From positions 1,751-65,750 of the forward strand of contig JAKAPS010000002.1 of the NCBI GenBank assembly GCA_021806925.1: a stretch of DNA of 64,000 bases, in the 5' to 3' direction. How positions within the stretch are numbered: the first letter of the stretch is position 1; the number at the start of each line of letters is the position of its first letter. Source of the stretch: a bacterium. GTDB taxonomy: Bacteria > Patescibacteriota > Dojkabacteria > JAKAPS01. The translations under genes were made by a program, and so were the position numbers. The notes under the pieces are model-generated. The model did no database searches, was not told the DNA's origin, and saw only the letters and a program-made list of their open reading frames with translations. Positions 61,465-64,000 of this stretch are shown here, piece by piece.

Positions 61465-62838
61465 TTATTGTACATCCTTATTTTTTTCTATTAAAGCAAG
61501 TATCTCTTTAGTTTTCACCTCCATTAGTTCTTTATTCATTGATTCAACATTTAATCGTATCAAAGGTTCAGTATTAGATGGTCTTAAATTAAATCTCCAC
61601 TCAGGAAATTCAATAGATATACCATCAACTTCTATAACTTTGCCTCCATGCATATATGCTTTTTTTACAATATCCATTACTTTTATATTATCTTTTACAT
61701 CCGTGTTTAATTCACCCGATACAAAAAATTGAGTTCTGAATTTCGAATACAGCTCTGAAACGGTGCAATGTTTCTCTTCAAGTAAATTTAGTATTATCAT
61801 CAAAGGAATCATACCATTGTCTGCAAAGAAGAAATCTTTAAAATAATAATGCCCACTAGCTTCTCCTGCATAGTCACAATCTTCTTTCCTCATTGTTGCT
61901 TTTATAAAGGAATGTCCAGTTCTATGAAGTATAAGCTTACTATTGAATCTATCAGTTACATCCTTTACAGCTAGATATACCGATTCGTTAGTAATAATTG
62001 GTGATTTCGAATTCTTTTCAAGAAAATATTCAGCAAGTATTGCAGCTGTGTAATTTCCAAGTATGAAATCTCCATTCTCATCGAAGAAAAAGCAACGATC
62101 AGCATCACAATCCCAGGCTACAGCAAAATCTATTTTCCCAGAATTTCTGATAATATCTTGTGACTGTTTAGTTGATTCAGGAGTTAATGGATTAGGATTC
62201 CCTTTAGAAAATGTGCCATCAGGTTCAAAGTTGATTTCTTTTACGTGTATTGGTAATTTACCTATTTCAATTAGTCTACGTAAAGCTAAGCCAGCAACAC
62301 CAAAACTTGCATTAGCAACAATACTATATTCTTTTGTAAGTGGTGTGTTTAAAAAACTTAAAACTTTATTGCAATAATCATCTATAATATCTTTTTTAGT
62401 CACTGTTCCAGTTCTTTCAGCTTTGATTCTAGTGCCAGCAAGTACAAAATCTCTAATATCAAGAATTCCACTATCAGAAGATATAGGTTGTGCGTTTTGT
62501 CTAACCATTTTTACACCATTAAATTCCTTTGGATTATGTGAGGCAGATATTGTAATACCGCCATCATAACCATAATATGCAACAGTAAAATAAAGCATGT
62601 CTGTTGAAATAGTCCCTACATCTATAACATCAACTCCTGAATCAATAAACCCATTTTTTGCTGCTTCCCATAATGATGGTCCAGATTCTCTTACATCGCG
62701 ACCCAAGACAACACTCTTTGGTTTGAACAATGATACATATGCTTGTGCAACTCTATAAACTATATCTTCATCAATTGTTACACCATACACACCTCTTATA
62801 TCATAAGCTCGAAATATTTTAGGATCAACTTTATTCAT
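61465..62838 (-). CDS. manB: Phosphomannomutase/phosphoglucomutase
   Basis: IFRAYDIRG, GRD.R.S, SASHNP..NG.K, D.DADR, GE.SGH, RPSNTEP..RLNVE. Confidence 0.92.
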   Translation of the reverse strand: MNKVDPKIFRAYDIRGVYGVTIDEDIVYRVAQAYVSLFKPKSVVLGRDVRESGPSLWEAAKNGFIDSGVDVIDVGTISTDMLYFTVAYYGYDGGITISASHNPKEFNGVKMVRQNAQPISSDSGILDIRDFVLAGTRIKAERTGTVTKKDIIDDYCNKVLSFLNTPLTKEYSIVANASFGVAGLALRRLIEIGKLPIHVKEINFEPDGTFSKGNPNPLTPESTKQSQDIIRNSGKIDFAVAWDCDADRCFFFDENGDFILGNYTAAILAEYFLEKNSKSPIITNESVYLAVKDVTDRFNSKLILHRTGHSFIKATMRKEDCDYAGEASGHYYFKDFFFADNGMIPLMIILNLLEEKHCTVSELYSKFRTQFFVSGELNTDVKDNIKVMDIVKKAYMHGGKVIEVDGISIEFPEWRFNLRPSNTEPLIRLNVESMNKELMEVKTKEILALIEKNKDVQ

Positions 62839-63032
62839 AATTCTATATATATTATTTCACATAAATAACGTGAATGGAAGTAATTAAAATTACACTCAAA
62901 TATTAAGTATAAGGATAGTGTAATTCAGTATTTATAATTTTAATAAATAAGGTATCTTTTGCTATTTATAATTAATAGTGGCATATAACTAATTTGTACA
63001 TAAAAATGGTGAATAGTTATAAATCCTGCTTA

Positions 63033-63061
63033 TTGACATAAATTGCTAAAGAATATAAACT
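63033..63061 (+). promoter_or_regulatory. Putative sigma70 promoter of gatCA
   Basis: TTGACA (63033-38) - 17 nt - TAAACT (63056-61). Confidence 0.55.
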
Positions 63062-63083
63062 TTGGACACATAATGTTGTTCTT

Positions 63084-63371
63084 ATGATAACAGATGAATT
63101 ATTAATTAAATTAGAGAGGCTTTCAAAGGTAATACTTTCACAAGGTAGTTATGAAAAATATAAGGTAGATATATCTAATATACTTGAATTAGTTAACAAT
63201 ATAAGTAATTTAGGAAATAGTAATTCACTTTCAAATCAAGATTCAATAAATTTCAATGAATGTAGAAACGATGTTGTAGAAAGCGGGTTAACAGTTGAAG
63301 AAGCATTGCAAAATTCCATATATAGAACAAGTGACGGGTATATAAAGATACCTAAAGTTGTTAGTGATTAA
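63084..63371 (+). CDS. gatC: Glu/Asp-tRNA amidotransferase subunit C
   Basis: IT......L..LS, IL..V, R.D......L..EEAL.N......GY.K.PKV; precedes gatA. Confidence 0.88.
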   Translation: MITDELLIKLERLSKVILSQGSYEKYKVDISNILELVNNISNLGNSNSLSNQDSINFNECRNDVVESGLTVEEALQNSIYRTSDGYIKIPKVVSD

Positions 63372-63387
63372 ATAATTTTAATAAAGT

Positions 63388-64000
63388 ATGAACAAAAAAC
63401 ACATTGATGAATTAAATATAGCAGAAGAGAATAAGATAGTTAGAGATAATATTAATAACTTAAATGATGAATATAATGTGTATATAACAATATTTGATGA
63501 TGATTTTAATAAAGAAAAAATTCCATATGCACTTAAGGATAATATATCTTTGAAGGGTAAAAGAATGACAGCAGGTTCAAAATACTTGAAGTCATACATA
63601 TCTCCATATAACGCAACTGTTGTAGACAGATTAAATGATAAATATAACGTAGTTGGTAAAACTAATCTTGATAGCTTTGCATTTGGCAGTTCCACTGAAA
63701 ACAGTGGTTATTTCATAACTAAGAACCCATATGACAAATCACGCGTTGCTGGTGGTTCCTCTGGCGGATCAGCAGCTGCAGTTGGATTAAATATGGCTAC
63801 ATTTGCATTAGGCACAGATACTGGAGGTTCAGTTAGGTTACCTGCAAGTTTTTGCGGTGTTGTTGGTTACAAGCCTACATATGGGCTACTTTCAAGGTAT
63901 GGCCTTGCTGCAATGGGCTCATCATTAGATGTTCCTGGAATAATATCAAGAAGCGTTTATGATTGCAGTTACGTTTTAAATTCACTTATATCTAAAGATC
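63388..64000 (+). CDS. gatA: Glu/Asp-tRNA amidotransferase subunit A (runs off the window edge; not in the ORF track)
   Basis: ATG at 63388; [50 protein letters not shown]. Confidence 0.95.
   Translation, partial: MNKKHIDELNIAEENKIVRDNINNLNDEYNVYITIFDDDFNKEKIPYALKDNISLKGKRMTAGSKYLKSYISPYNATVVDRLNDKYNVVGKTNLDSFAFGSSTENSGYFITKNPYDKSRVAGGSSGGSAAAVGLNMATFALGTDTGGSVRLPASFCGVVGYKPTYGLLSRYGLAAMGSSLDVPGIISRSVYDCSYVLNSLISKD

Noticed and set aside
8244-62377. Numerous 60-170 aa ORFs overlapping pyk, glyA, the ATPase, mutS, mutL, uvrA, uvrB, ftsA, ftsZ, manB and others
   Set aside because: Antisense or out-of-frame shadows of well-supported genes, with no independent motifs.
62840-63030. Short inverted repeats (e.g. 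AATTACACT...AGTGTAATT) as a possible ncRNA or T-box before gatCA
   Set aside because: The stems are AT-only, there is no T-box motif, and the region lies upstream of the predicted promoter; compatible with chance.
63378-63695. 105-aa minus-strand ORF
   Set aside because: Antisense shadow of gatA.
1-64000. Alternative genetic code (TGA=Gly, code 25)
   Set aside because: Long core genes are intact under code 11, and mutL and ftsZ end at TGA at their expected C-termini.
1-64000. CRISPR array, prophage, integrase, rRNA or recognisable defence system
   Set aside because: I saw no regularly spaced direct repeats and no cas, phage-structural, integrase or rRNA signatures.

Overview
Very AT-rich bacterial chromosomal window using the standard genetic code (TGA is a stop). 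Gene content and style suggest a Patescibacteria/CPR-type genome; this is an inference. The left edge holds the 5' end of proS behind a complete Pro-specific T-box riboswitch with a perfect sigma70 promoter. About 7 kb of decaying accessory DNA follows: a frameshifted DUF1749-like hydrolase, an IS-truncated SDR, a dead IS5/ISL2-type element, an SDR relic and an intact NHL surface protein. The rest is mostly housekeeping: pyk, a heterodimeric ABC exporter, manC, glyA, a P-type ATPase, GT2-rodA-ftsW-murG, mutS-mutL, uvrA, uvrB, tRNA-Thr/Gly/Asp, folD-ftsQ-like-ftsA-ftsZ, manB and gatC-gatA. Most interesting: (1) a four-gene WxL/Csu-pilin-like plus DUF916-like surface cluster, (2) a naturally circularly permuted DsbA-family protein, (3) an adaptor-less RND operon with a rearranged proton-relay motif, (4) an SPFH + Tim44-like zinc-ribbon pair, (5) the T-box, and (6) an in-frame (AT)14 tract in a NUDIX gene. 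All family calls come from motif recognition by eye; no database search was run.
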